A DNA stretch of 61,041 bases from the NCBI GenBank assembly GCA_050245975.1, contig JBFWWW010000001.1:1-61041 (forward strand), read 5' to 3'. Numbering within the stretch: position 1 is the stretch's first letter; every line of letters starts with the position of its first letter. Shown piece after piece: positions 29,424-40,163 of the stretch. The stretch comes from Hyphomicrobiaceae bacterium (GTDB lineage: Bacteria; Pseudomonadota; Alphaproteobacteria; Rhizobiales; Hyphomicrobiaceae). The position numbers and the translations under genes are program-made. Below the pieces are notes generated by a model that saw only the letters and a program-made list of their open reading frames with translations, was not told the origin of the DNA and ran no database searches.

Positions 29424-30745
29424 GGATCCGCCAGCGGAAGCAGGTGATAGACCGAGAACTTGTAGCCGGGTCCGACCGGCACGTTGAACGGCGAGAACGG
29501 ATAGGCGAGGTTGCCTGCCGTATTGAGAATCCCCGGATAGCTGATGTGCTGCAGGGTGCCGCGCACGTACATGGCGATGCTGTTGGCGAGCTCCTGCTCC
29601 TTGGCCAGGACATTGATCAGCAGGCCAACCTCATGGGGACGCGCATCGCGCACCGGCTCGAGGCTGCGCATCACGGCGTTCTTGCCGTAGACGTGGAATT
29701 CGATCCTGTAGTCGGTGTCCGCGTTCCATTTCGCAAAGCGTGTCGCCGCACGTGTGCGCGCCTGCTCCAGCAGGCTGTCGAGCTGCGCGATCATCGCCGC
29801 ATCGCGAATGCCGACCATGACGATGCTGCGGTAGCCGACGAGTTCGGCGCCTTCGAGCTTGACCTTGTAGGGCGTAGATATGAAGCGGCTTCCCGAAACG
29901 GAAACGGTCGCCTCGTCCTCCTGCCGGAAGACCGAGTTGGTCAGGTCGTTGATCCCGCCGGGGCCCGGCTGGATACAAGGATCGCCGCGCTCATAGAGGG
30001 AGTGGGCCGCGACCGAGACCGTCGTGCATTTCAGGTCTTCGCTGCCGGGCCTGACGACAAAATGGTCATTGCGGATGCGTCCGATCATCGGTTCGGCAAG
30101 GTCGCAGGGTACCGCTGAAATCCCCGCGCATTCGAGGACCTTGCCCATGTGGAAGGCAAGACCGCGATCGAACCCGCGCAGGATCGGTAGCGCTGCAAAC
30201 ACCGCGTCGTCGCACGCCCGCCCGGCGATGATGACATCGGCACCCGCATCGAGCGCTCGCATCAGGGGCTCGGCCCCCATTTGCGCGCAGATCGGTCCGC
30301 AGCGATCGACCATTTCAGGCGTCAAGGCATGGTCGACACCCAGCGGTTCGATCCCGCCGCGCGCGATGCGCCGCTTCAGGTCGGCCTTGTCGAGTTCGGC
30401 ATCGACGATCGCCATGCGGAAGGAGAGCCCCTCCTCGCGCGCGATCTCCTGAATGATGTCGACGGCCTGCAGCAACGTCTCACGCGAGCCGCTGGTCAGC
30501 GCCGAGCCGACGATCAACGGAATACCGCGCTCGCGCGCGGCCTTGAGCATGATCGCCAGGTCGTGCTTGTAGGTCGCGCGCGGCAGGAACGGCTTGGACG
30601 ACCCGTGATAGTAGGGGCCCATATCCGTGGACCCGGCATCCTGGCCGATGAAATCAGGATCCTGATCCAAGGCGCGCCGAAACGCTGCCAGATCGAACCC
30701 GCTGCCAAGCGATCCCGAAGGCGCCAGACCAACGACTTCCTTCAT
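29381..30745 (-). CDS. AtuA-like (DUF1446, acyclic terpene utilisation family) protein
   Basis: About 454 aa. ATG 30745 (MKEVVGLAPSGSLGSG) follows GGAG. The size, N-terminal G-rich motif and pairing with DUF4387 are typical of the family. Confidence 0.65.
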   Translation of the reverse strand: MKEVVGLAPSGSLGSGFDLAAFRRALDQDPDFIGQDAGSTDMGPYYHGSSKPFLPRATYKHDLAIMLKAARERGIPLIVGSALTSGSRETLLQAVDIIQEIAREEGLSFRMAIVDAELDKADLKRRIARGGIEPLGVDHALTPEMVDRCGPICAQMGAEPLMRALDAGADVIIAGRACDDAVFAALPILRGFDRGLAFHMGKVLECAGISAVPCDLAEPMIGRIRNDHFVVRPGSEDLKCTTVSVAAHSLYERGDPCIQPGPGGINDLTNSVFRQEDEATVSVSGSRFISTPYKVKLEGAELVGYRSIVMVGIRDAAMIAQLDSLLEQARTRAATRFAKWNADTDYRIEFHVYGKNAVMRSLEPVRDARPHEVGLLINVLAKEQELANSIAMYVRGTLQHISYPGILNTAGNLAYPFSPFNVPVGPGYKFSVYHLLPLADPCEIFPMQIVEVRN

Positions 30746-30795
30746 CCTGGACTCCACAGGCTTCTGCCGGTCGAAATGCCTTAATCCTGAGCTGC

Positions 30796-30841
30796 ATTCA
30801 GATTATCATGCGGTTCTGAATAGTGACAACCTCTGTCGACA
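30796..30841. promoter_or_regulatory. candidate GntR operators in the divergent intergenic region
   Basis: Inverted repeat ATTCAGA-N12-TCTGAAT (30796..30821) and palindrome TGTCGACA (30834..30841) lie between the divergent atuA-like and gntR genes. Confidence 0.25.
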
Positions 30842-30910
30842 ACATTTCGCGCGTCTGCACCATCCATTGCGTTTTTGACAACTGCCGGACATACACGCAT
30901 TCAGCCTTGT

Positions 30911-31621
30911 ATGCGGAGGAGCCTTTTGGATAGCCCAAGCGACAGCTTCGTCGACCGTGCCTACGAGCAACTTCGGCGCATGGCGATCGGTTACCACCTC
31001 AAGCCGGGCGAGCGGCTGAATGAAGGCGAGCTGGCCAAGCAGCTCGGCGTCAGCCGCACACCGCTCCGGGAAGCCTTGAACAGGCTCGCCACCGAGGGGT
31101 TTCTTCGGTTCAGCCCCGGCAAGGGCTTCTTCTGCCGGGAGCTCGATCCCAAGGAGATCTACGATCTCTACCAGTTGCGCAAGGCGCTGGAGATCGGCGG
31201 CATAAAGCTGTCGGTCGAGAGAGCCAAGGATGCCGAGATCGACACGCTCGAGCGCTTCCTCATGGAGACGGGCCCCGACGCGGACGGGCGTACCACCGAG
31301 GAGCTCGTCAAGCTCGACGAGACGTTCCACGAGGGCCTGATGAAGCTCTCGGGCAACAACGAGATGCTCCAGGTGCTACGCAACGTCAATGCGCGCATTC
31401 AATTCGTGCGTTGGGTCGACATGGATCGCGTCAGCCGACCGGTGACGCAAGCGGAGCATCGCCGGGTGGTGGAATGTCTGCGCGCGCGCGACATCGCGGG
31501 TTGCATCGCCGCCCTCGAAAAGCACATCGATCGCCGCCAGGACCAGATCACCTCCGCCATAAAGGAAGGATTTGCCCAGATCTACCTGGCGCGCCGGCCG
31601 CCGGTTGCGGCAACCCTTTAG
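30911..31621 (+). CDS. GntR-family transcriptional regulator (FCD type)
   Basis: LNEGELAKQLGVSRTPLREALNRLATEGFL, followed by an FCD-like helical domain. First ATG at 30911. Confidence 0.85.
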   Translation: MRRSLLDSPSDSFVDRAYEQLRRMAIGYHLKPGERLNEGELAKQLGVSRTPLREALNRLATEGFLRFSPGKGFFCRELDPKEIYDLYQLRKALEIGGIKLSVERAKDAEIDTLERFLMETGPDADGRTTEELVKLDETFHEGLMKLSGNNEMLQVLRNVNARIQFVRWVDMDRVSRPVTQAEHRRVVECLRARDIAGCIAALEKHIDRRQDQITSAIKEGFAQIYLARRPPVAATL

Positions 31622-31623
31622 GC

Positions 31624-33492
31624 TCAGGCCTGCTTCACGTCCGGGGCCACCGTTCTGCCCAGCGCCTGCATCGCCGATACGGCGACAAGCATGACGATCG
31701 AGACCGCGACAAAGACCGTCGATACGACCGAAATTGTCGGATCGATCGAGTAGACCAGGCTGACCCACATCTTCTTGGGCAGCGTCGCGGCGGTCGTGCC
31801 GGCGATGAACTCCGCGATCACCACATCATCGAACGCGTGGATGAAGGCAAACAAGCCGGCCGCGACGATGGAGGGCCAGATCGCCGGCACGGTGACGAAG
31901 AAAAAGGCCTTGATCGGCGAGGCGCCAAGGATCGTCGCCGAGCGTTCGAGAGAGACGTTCACGCGCCGCAGCGCGCTCGTCACCACCAGCACGACGATCG
32001 GCAAACCCTGCACCGTGTAGGCAAGCATGAACGACCAGATCGTGCCGAGCAGACGCAGCTCGATGAACAGGAAATAGACGCCGACCGCCATCACGATCGT
32101 CGGCACGATCATGGGCGCCAGGATGAGAAGATAGATGCCTTGCCGGCCTGCAAAGCGGCCGCGCACCAGGCACAGGGCTGCCAGCGTCCCAAGCACGACC
32201 GCCGAAATCGCGCTCAGCGACGCGGCTTTGAGCGACAGCACCGCGGCATCGATCCAGGCACGGTCGCCGAGAACGGCCTGATACCACTTCAGGCTCCAGC
32301 CCTGCGGCGGGAACGCGATATAGGGCGAGGCCGTGAACGACGATCCGGCGATGACCAGGATCGGCAGGAACAGCACGAAGAGGATCGTCAGCGAGAACAC
32401 CCATAACAGGGCCGGGCCCGCCGTGCCTGCCCGCCGGGGATAGTCATTCGCCGGCACGGTCTGGCCTGCCATCGGGCCGAGCCGGCGCGCGGCCGCGGTG
32501 TCGAGCGCGCCGGCAGCGGCTGGGGCTTCCTCGGCGACCGCCGGAGGCGACCGCTTCTGAAAGCCGAGGGCTTCCACATCGAGCACGCCGATGCTGATCG
32601 CCATCACGCCCGCCACGATCAGAAACAGGACTGTCGACAGCGCGGCGCCGAACCCCCAGTTGGTCAGCAGGTTCATCTGTACGTCGATCTGCGGCGCGAT
32701 CATCTCCACGTGGCCGCCACCCAGCATGGCCGGCGTGATGAAGAAACCGATGGCGATGATGAAGACGAGGAGGAAACCGGCGCTTACGGCCGGCATGCTG
32801 AGCGGGAAGTATATGCGAAGGAAAGCCTGCACCGGATTGGCGCCCAGCCCCTGCGCCGCGGATACGAGCCGGCGATCGATGCTGCGCATCGAGTTGTAGA
32901 GCGTGAAGACCATGTAGGGCAGGAGCGTGTAGATCATGCCCAGGATGACGGTCGCCTCGGTGTACAGCAGGTTGGGCGTCCCCAGCCCAAGCGCCTCGAA
33001 GGCGTCCGAAACCGGACCGCCGCGACGCAGCACGATGATCCACGCGTAGTTGCGCACCAGTGCGCTCGTCCATAGCGGCATCATCACGAGGATCAGGCCG
33101 AAGGAGAGCGCGGCTCCATGTAGCCGCCCGAGCCACGCCGCGATCGGGTATCCAATCAGCAGCGTGCCGACCGCGACCTCGAACGAGATGCGGATCGTGT
33201 TCCAGATCAGGGAAAGGTAGGTTGGCTGGCCGAGAATCTTTTCATAGTTGGACAACGAGAAGTACGGCGTGAAGACGCTCTGCAGCAGCACCTTGAGCAG
33301 CGGATAGAGAAAGAAGACGGCGAGGAAGACGACCACCGGCAGCAACAGGAGCAGCCACATGCGATCGGGGCGTCTCTGCCACCAGCCCGGCGCCGCATAG
33401 CGCGCGCGCGATAAGGCAGAGGCGAACGGCTCGCCCGAGCCGTTCGCCTGCGCTGAAACCGGTTTTGCGACCGCAGATTCCTGCAGGCTCAC
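31624..33492 (-). CDS. fused two-domain ABC permease (PotB-like plus PotC-like in one ORF)
   Basis: The continuous frame has no stop between two BPD-transporter-type membrane domains (EAA-like loops SAAQGLGANPVQAF and RSATILGASPIKAF), joined by an Ala/Pro-rich linker. Start proposed at GTG 33492, which overlaps the ADC-like stop (GTGA). ATG 33359 is an alternative. Confidence 0.7.
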   Translation of the reverse strand: MSLQESAVAKPVSAQANGSGEPFASALSRARYAAPGWWQRRPDRMWLLLLLPVVVFLAVFFLYPLLKVLLQSVFTPYFSLSNYEKILGQPTYLSLIWNTIRISFEVAVGTLLIGYPIAAWLGRLHGAALSFGLILVMMPLWTSALVRNYAWIIVLRRGGPVSDAFEALGLGTPNLLYTEATVILGMIYTLLPYMVFTLYNSMRSIDRRLVSAAQGLGANPVQAFLRIYFPLSMPAVSAGFLLVFIIAIGFFITPAMLGGGHVEMIAPQIDVQMNLLTNWGFGAALSTVLFLIVAGVMAISIGVLDVEALGFQKRSPPAVAEEAPAAAGALDTAAARRLGPMAGQTVPANDYPRRAGTAGPALLWVFSLTILFVLFLPILVIAGSSFTASPYIAFPPQGWSLKWYQAVLGDRAWIDAAVLSLKAASLSAISAVVLGTLAALCLVRGRFAGRQGIYLLILAPMIVPTIVMAVGVYFLFIELRLLGTIWSFMLAYTVQGLPIVVLVVTSALRRVNVSLERSATILGASPIKAFFFVTVPAIWPSIVAAGLFAFIHAFDDVVIAEFIAGTTAATLPKKMWVSLVYSIDPTISVVSTVFVAVSIVMLVAVSAMQALGRTVAPDVKQA

Positions 33493-34355
33493 TCGATCGC
33501 CCGCATATCGCTCAGGTCCTTTCCGCCCCTGGTGTACGTGAGGCTGGCACCACGGAATTCCAGAAAATCGAGACTGGCAAGCGCATTGACGACGTGGAAG
33601 TACTTCGGAAGATCCTGCCAGGTCGAATGAATGAAGCCGGCCTTGCCGCTCTTGGCGCGGAAGACCTTCTCCACCGTCAGGTTGGGATAGTCGCTGGGCA
33701 GCAGCACCGCGTGCTCGACGTCGGCCACGCCCGGCGCATTGATGCGCGGCAGATACTTGTAATAGAGCAGCCCCTGGCTCTTGACGCCGTTCACGTCGGG
33801 TTTGCCGACGAACGGCCGGTCGCCGCTCGACTGCGCCGTGACCTCCTCCAGATCGTGAAGCTCGAGGCCGAAGAATTTTCGGCCATAAAGGCTCGCATGA
33901 TAATAATAGCTTCCCTGGACCATGCGCGGCACCGGCAGCTCGCAATAGAGCTTGTGACACCCAAGATCCTCGCGGCCGCTGTTGATGACATCCGGCGGAT
34001 CCTCGAAGGTCACGGAGCGGAACATGCCATGCACGGTTTCCTTCTTGCCGACATAGCGTGCGGGATAGTTCACGCCAAAGGCGCAGTAGCCGCGCCCGCC
34101 GAGCCATTGCACTTCCGTGTGATGGCTGAGCTCGAAGCTTATGACGGGTTCGCCCCAAAGCTCGAAATTCGGTGGCAGGATTTCCGCAAGCTGCTCCGCG
34201 CGCGTCAGATAGTGGATGAACGCGGTGCGACGCTTGGGAAAGTTCTTGTGGTCGGGGATGAGGCCGCCAACCGGCTCCCGAAATCCGGGCTGCGGACCGA
34301 ATTGGATCGGCATCAGATAGTGCTTGCCGGGTATGTACTCGAATTTGGATTTCAT
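33489..34355 (-). CDS. acetoacetate decarboxylase (ADC)-family protein
   Basis: 288 aa. The overall pattern (MPIQFGP.., YYYHASLYG.., LLYYKYLP) is that of ADC-like beta-cone proteins. Embedded between transporter genes. Confidence 0.6.
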   Translation of the reverse strand: MKSKFEYIPGKHYLMPIQFGPQPGFREPVGGLIPDHKNFPKRRTAFIHYLTRAEQLAEILPPNFELWGEPVISFELSHHTEVQWLGGRGYCAFGVNYPARYVGKKETVHGMFRSVTFEDPPDVINSGREDLGCHKLYCELPVPRMVQGSYYYHASLYGRKFFGLELHDLEEVTAQSSGDRPFVGKPDVNGVKSQGLLYYKYLPRINAPGVADVEHAVLLPSDYPNLTVEKVFRAKSGKAGFIHSTWQDLPKYFHVVNALASLDFLEFRGASLTYTRGGKDLSDMRAIE

Positions 34356-34383
34356 GTGCTCGTTCTCCGCTCAGCTGGCAGCG

Positions 34384-35454
34384 TCAGGTGCGTTTCGCTT
34401 TCCATTCCGTCCAACGCGCCTGCAGCTCGGGCTGGTTCTCGGCAAGCCACTTCGCGTTGGCCCGGTACATTTTGGCGAAGTTGGCCGGATAGGTGGGCAG
34501 CGACTTGGCCTTGGCTGGGCTCAGGTAGTCGGTCGCGTGGCTGTTGGTCGGACCCGCACCCGTTGTCGATTCCGCCTGCCGCTTCGCGTCCATCGAGAAC
34601 TCGATGAACTTGAGCGCCAGCTCCTTGTTCTTGGCGCCCTTCGGTATCACCCAGCCCTCGTGATTGACGCTGCCGTCCTGCCACTGGATCTCGACCTTCG
34701 CACCATCGTCGACGGCCGCCGCAATGCGGTTGGCAAAGCCCTCGAGCAGATCGACCTCATCATTGACGAGAAGCTGATGCTGTTGGGCCGAAGAGGACGT
34801 CCAGACCGTGACGTGCGGCCGGATCTCGTCGAGCTTGGCCAGCGCCCGTTTGACGTCCAGCGGATAGAGCTTGTCGCGCGGCACGCCATCGGCCAGCAGC
34901 GCCTGCTCCATCGGGCCGTAGGCGAAGCCGATCATCGAGCGGCGCCCCGCAAAGCGCTTCACATCCCAGAAATCCGCCCAGTTGCGCGGGCCCTCGCCCA
35001 CCGGCCACTTCTTGGTGTTGTAGCACTGGACGGTGCCGAACATGCTCCCGGACGTCACATACTTGCCGGCCGTACCGGGAAGAAGCTCGGCCACCAGCTG
35101 CTTGTCCATCTTCGAGTAGTCGATCTCATCGAGGAGGCCGTCCTTCACCGCGAGCTCGACCAGGTAGTCGGTGAGATACGTAAGGTCCCACTCGACGTTG
35201 TTGGCCATGACCATCGACTTGAGCTGACCCATGGCGAGGTTCGGCCGCGCGGCATAGGCGACGGTGTTGCCCGTCTGCTCCTCGAAGGGTTTGTAGAACG
35301 CCTTGATGTAGGCGGCCTGTGTGGACCCGCCGGGGTCTGTCAGAACGATGCGACCGGCCGCTGCCGCGCGGTTCGTCAAGGACCTGGTCGCAACGCCGGC
35401 CGAGATGGCCGCTAGGCCTCCCTTGAGAACCTGACGCCTGCCGAACTTCTTCAT
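34384..35454 (-). CDS. PotD/PotF-like ABC substrate-binding protein with Tat-type signal
   Basis: MKKFGRRQVLKGGLAAISAGVATRS signal peptide. Family-1 solute-binding-protein length and composition. Confidence 0.75.
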   Translation of the reverse strand: MKKFGRRQVLKGGLAAISAGVATRSLTNRAAAAGRIVLTDPGGSTQAAYIKAFYKPFEEQTGNTVAYAARPNLAMGQLKSMVMANNVEWDLTYLTDYLVELAVKDGLLDEIDYSKMDKQLVAELLPGTAGKYVTSGSMFGTVQCYNTKKWPVGEGPRNWADFWDVKRFAGRRSMIGFAYGPMEQALLADGVPRDKLYPLDVKRALAKLDEIRPHVTVWTSSSAQQHQLLVNDEVDLLEGFANRIAAAVDDGAKVEIQWQDGSVNHEGWVIPKGAKNKELALKFIEFSMDAKRQAESTTGAGPTNSHATDYLSPAKAKSLPTYPANFAKMYRANAKWLAENQPELQARWTEWKAKRT

Positions 35455-35481
35455 ATCGCTCTCCCTTTGGCTGCTGCTGGT

Positions 35482-36591
<1,110 letters not shown>

Positions 36592-36787
36592 CGTTTCCGC
36601 TCGGCTTGCGTCATCAACCTGCCGGTACCAACGATCTGAATACTGATCTTTATTTCACCCAGTATGCCAAATAAAAATCCCGCCCAGCAACCCCAAACTG
36701 CGCGCTTCCGCAGCTTGCACACATACGTATTCTATGCTGTATGCAAATTTGCATGTTGGCCATGGACTTGCCAACCTGGAGATAGCC

Positions 36788-38482
36788 ATGAACGAAATGA
36801 CCGGCGCGGAAGCCGCCGTCCGCATGCTCCAACTCTATGGCGTGAAACATATATTTGGCTTGTGCGGCGACACGAGCCTGCCCTTCTACGACGCGCTTTA
36901 CCGCCTCGATCACGGCATGGAGCATGTGCTGACGCGCGATGAACGCAGCGCGGCCTACATGGCGGACGGCTATGCGCGGGTGACGGGAAAAGTCGGCATC
37001 TGCGAAGGACCGAGCGGAGGCGGCGCGACCTATCTCCTGCCCGGGATCGTCGAGGCGAGCGAGTCCTCGATCCCGGTGCTCGGCATTACGTCAGACGTCC
37101 CCGTGACATCGCGCGGCAGGTTTCCCCTGACCGAGCTCGATCAGACCGCGCTCTATCGTCCGCTCACCAAGTGGAATGCCGTCATCGACAGGCCCGATCA
37201 ACTGCCCGGCATCTTCAGGACGGCCTTCCGCGCCATGACGACGGGCAAGCCGGGCGCGGCGCACATCGGCTTGCCCTACGACGTCCAGAAGCAACCCGTC
37301 GCACCCGATCTTGTCTGGGCGCAGTCCGAGCACGGGCGTTATCCGGCCTGGCGTACCGGTCCGGACCCCGCCGACATCGCGCGCGCCGCCGACGTCATCC
37401 TGGCCGCCCGCGCGCCCGTCTTCATCGTCGGCGGCGGTGTCGTCATTTCCGGCGCCATGGACGAACTGGCGCGCCTTGCCTCGCTCCTCAACGCTCCCGT
37501 CTGCACCACGATCAGCGGTCAGGGCGCCCTGCCGGCCAACCATCCGCTCTGCGTCGGTGTTGTCGGGACCAACGGCGGCGTTGTCGCGACGCGCGAGGTC
37601 GTCGAGATGGCCGACCTCGTCATCTTCATCGGCGCACGCGCCGGATCAACGACGACCGAACACTGGAAATACCCTTCGACGAAAACCAGGATCGTGCATA
37701 TCGACGCCGATCCGATGGTGCTGTCGGCCAACTACAAAACGGATGTCGCTTTGCTTGGCGACGCAAAACTCGCTTTGGCCGCCCTGATCGGCGCCGTCGA
37801 GGCTCTTGGGGTACCGAGTTCGACAAAACGCCTCAATGGCGAGGCCGTCACAGCCGCCGCCAAAGCCAAGCGCAAGGCCGCATTCGACAAATTCGCCTGC
37901 AGCAACGAGACGCCGATCCGGCCGGAACGTTTGCTGCGCGAGATGCATGCCATCATGCCGCGCGACGCGATTGTCGTCGCCGATCCGGGCACCCCCTGCC
38001 CCTACTTCTCCGGCTACTACGATTTCCTGGAGCCGGGCCGCCAGTTCATCACCAACCGCGCGCATGGCGCGCTCGGTTACTCGATGGCTGCAGCCATGGG
38101 AGCCTGGTACGGTCGTCCCGATCGGTTGTGCGTTTCCGTCATGGGCGATGGCAGCTTCGGCTTCACGGTTGGCGAACTCGAGACGATCGTTCGCAAAAAA
38201 ATCCCGCTCATGATGATCGTCTTCTCCAACTCCGTGTTCGGCTGGATCAAAGCCAGCCAGAAGGTCGGTTACGGCCAGCGCTATTTCTCGGTCGATTTTT
38301 CGCGCACGGACCACAGCAAGGTCGCGGAGGCCTATGGCGTCAAGGCGTTCACCGTGCGCGCGCCGGACGAAATTGCGCCCGCCCTGAAGACTGCTTTGGA
38401 ACACGGAGGCCCGACGCTGCTGGATGTGATATCGCAGCCGCTGGAAGAGACGGAGGTTCCCGTGAGCCAATGGATGGGTTGA
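36788..38482 (+). CDS. thiamine-diphosphate-dependent enzyme (acetolactate-synthase-like family)
   Basis: MNEMTGAEAAVRMLQLYGVKHIFGLCGD, and the ThDP motif GDGSFGFTVGELETIVRKKIPLMMIVFSN. ATG 36788 follows GGAGA. Confidence 0.8.
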   Translation: MNEMTGAEAAVRMLQLYGVKHIFGLCGDTSLPFYDALYRLDHGMEHVLTRDERSAAYMADGYARVTGKVGICEGPSGGGATYLLPGIVEASESSIPVLGITSDVPVTSRGRFPLTELDQTALYRPLTKWNAVIDRPDQLPGIFRTAFRAMTTGKPGAAHIGLPYDVQKQPVAPDLVWAQSEHGRYPAWRTGPDPADIARAADVILAARAPVFIVGGGVVISGAMDELARLASLLNAPVCTTISGQGALPANHPLCVGVVGTNGGVVATREVVEMADLVIFIGARAGSTTTEHWKYPSTKTRIVHIDADPMVLSANYKTDVALLGDAKLALAALIGAVEALGVPSSTKRLNGEAVTAAAKAKRKAAFDKFACSNETPIRPERLLREMHAIMPRDAIVVADPGTPCPYFSGYYDFLEPGRQFITNRAHGALGYSMAAAMGAWYGRPDRLCVSVMGDGSFGFTVGELETIVRKKIPLMMIVFSNSVFGWIKASQKVGYGQRYFSVDFSRTDHSKVAEAYGVKAFTVRAPDEIAPALKTALEHGGPTLLDVISQPLEETEVPVSQWMG

Positions 38483-38492
38483 GGGGTATGCG

Positions 38493-39668
38493 ATGACAAA
38501 CTATCGCCTTGCCAACCGCGGTCGGCATATTTCGGGGCACAAGACCATGCCGGCGGGCACCCTCAATATGAGCGGCGGCTTTGCATTCGGCCCGACGATC
38601 CCGAACATTTCGCGCGAGGCCGAGATTGCGGCTCGCAGCTTTCGCACGGAATCTCTGCAATATTCGAGCGTGCTCGGGCTTCCCGAACTCAGGGACGCCA
38701 TTGCGGCATATGTCGCATCGGACGGCATCAGCTGCATGCGCGACGAAATCATGGTCGTTAACGGAGCCAAGCACGCTATCGATCTTGTCGCGCGCATCTT
38801 TCTCGAGCCCGGCGACGCGGTCATCGTAACTTCGCCGACCTACATCACCGCCATATCGATATTTCGCGCGAACGAGGCTTCATTTCTTTGCATCCCGCAC
38901 GATCTCGAGGGCATGCTGACGGACCACCTGGAGATGCGACTTACGGAGCTGGAAGCCAGCGAGGCGCCGCTGCCGAAGCTGCTTTATGACGTTCCGGACT
39001 TTCACAATCCTACCGGCGTCACTCTCAGCGCGGAGCGCCGGCGCCATCTCGTCGACCTTGCAAAGCGTTTCGGCTTCGTCATCATCGAGGACGATCCCTA
39101 TCGACGCATCCGTTTTGAAGGGGTCGACGTCCCGACCATCAAAAGCTTCGACGACGCCGGCGTTGTGATCTCCGTCGGCACATCCTCCAAGATCGTTGCC
39201 CCCGGCCTCCGGCTCGGCTGGGTTATCGCCGCACGAGATCTGATCGCCCGCATGGCGGCGCAAAAAGCGGACGGTGGCACCAGCGCATTCACGCAACGCA
39301 TTCTGGTCGAGCTGTTTCGCGGCAACCGCATCGCGGCGCATATAGACGAGCTCAAAGAAACCATGGGCGCGCACCGCGATGCCATGCTCGCTGCCTGCGC
39401 GCGCTACTTACCCGACGCACGCATTCACAGGCCGCAAGGCGGATATTTTCTTTGGGTCGAACTACCCGAGAACATCGATTCCGATGCGCTTGCCGCAGCC
39501 GCACTCGAACGCGGCGCTGGCATCCACTCCGGCAAGGTCTGCTTTGCTACCGAACCAGCGAGCAACTTTCTGCGCGTGTGCTACTCGTTTGTCTCCCCGC
39601 AGGAAATCGAGCGCGGCATCTCTGCTGTCGGCGCGGCCTTTCGGGCTGTGGCGCAAGCGCGATCCTAG
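38493..39668 (+). CDS. PLP-dependent aminotransferase, class I/II fold
   Basis: 391 aa. The pattern (VNGAKHAIDL, IIEDDPY, SVGTSSKIVAPGLRLGW with the PLP lysine) is typical of fold-type I aminotransferases. Confidence 0.8.
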   Translation: MTNYRLANRGRHISGHKTMPAGTLNMSGGFAFGPTIPNISREAEIAARSFRTESLQYSSVLGLPELRDAIAAYVASDGISCMRDEIMVVNGAKHAIDLVARIFLEPGDAVIVTSPTYITAISIFRANEASFLCIPHDLEGMLTDHLEMRLTELEASEAPLPKLLYDVPDFHNPTGVTLSAERRRHLVDLAKRFGFVIIEDDPYRRIRFEGVDVPTIKSFDDAGVVISVGTSSKIVAPGLRLGWVIAARDLIARMAAQKADGGTSAFTQRILVELFRGNRIAAHIDELKETMGAHRDAMLAACARYLPDARIHRPQGGYFLWVELPENIDSDALAAAALERGAGIHSGKVCFATEPASNFLRVCYSFVSPQEIERGISAVGAAFRAVAQARS

Positions 39669-40023
39669 CTCCCTCAGTTCACATCTTAGCGCCGCTCGGC
39701 GTGCCCTTCGCGAAGTGAAGGCCCGACTGCACGGCCTGATCCCGTCGGTCGTCGAGATAGGCGATTGTTCCTCCAGCTGAATGCGCGGCACTTCCGCTCA
39801 ATCCCCCAACGCGTCCCCCAAACCGCGCGCGTCCGGACGGCTGGTTCGAGTGAAGCAGCGATGTCCCGAGAGCACGCGACATGAAGTCGGCATTTCGCCG
39901 CTCTTGCACTGAGAGCAAGCCTGCGAGCCGGCATCCGATGCTCGCTGTCCGGAACCGCCGATCTTCGCGCGCCGGCGGTTCGCAAGTTTTCCACAAGATC
40001 GTGGCGCGGCGAATCTCGCTTCC

Positions 40024-40040
40024 GTCTACATAATGTAGAC
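40024..40040. promoter_or_regulatory. perfect palindrome GTCTACA-TAA-TGTAGAC (candidate operator) upstream of the replication module
   Basis: Seen directly in the AT-rich 39.7-40.16 kb gap. A further GTCTAC half-site lies at 40090..40095. Confidence 0.35.
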
Positions 40041-40101
40041 AATAATTATCAAGAATATCAAAGCTCGTTGCTTTTTCGTGCCATAGTTTGTCTACCAAGC
40101 G

Positions 40102-40131
40102 TTGACAAGCTATTGTAATGACGCGTATTTT
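40102..40131 (+). promoter_or_regulatory. sigma70-like promoter candidate (TTGACA-N18-TATTTT)
   Basis: TTGACA at 40102..40107 and TATTTT at 40126..40131, about 30 nt upstream of the PrimPol ORF. Confidence 0.35.
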
Positions 40132-40163
40132 GCGCCTTGCAAATCTGCAGGGGCTCGCATCCG

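Noticed and set aside
33493-34158. N-terminal extension of the 844-aa ORF 31624..34158
   Set aside because: It overlaps the ADC-like gene in another frame and has a non-protein-like composition. The permease is more plausibly started at GTG 33492 or ATG 33359.
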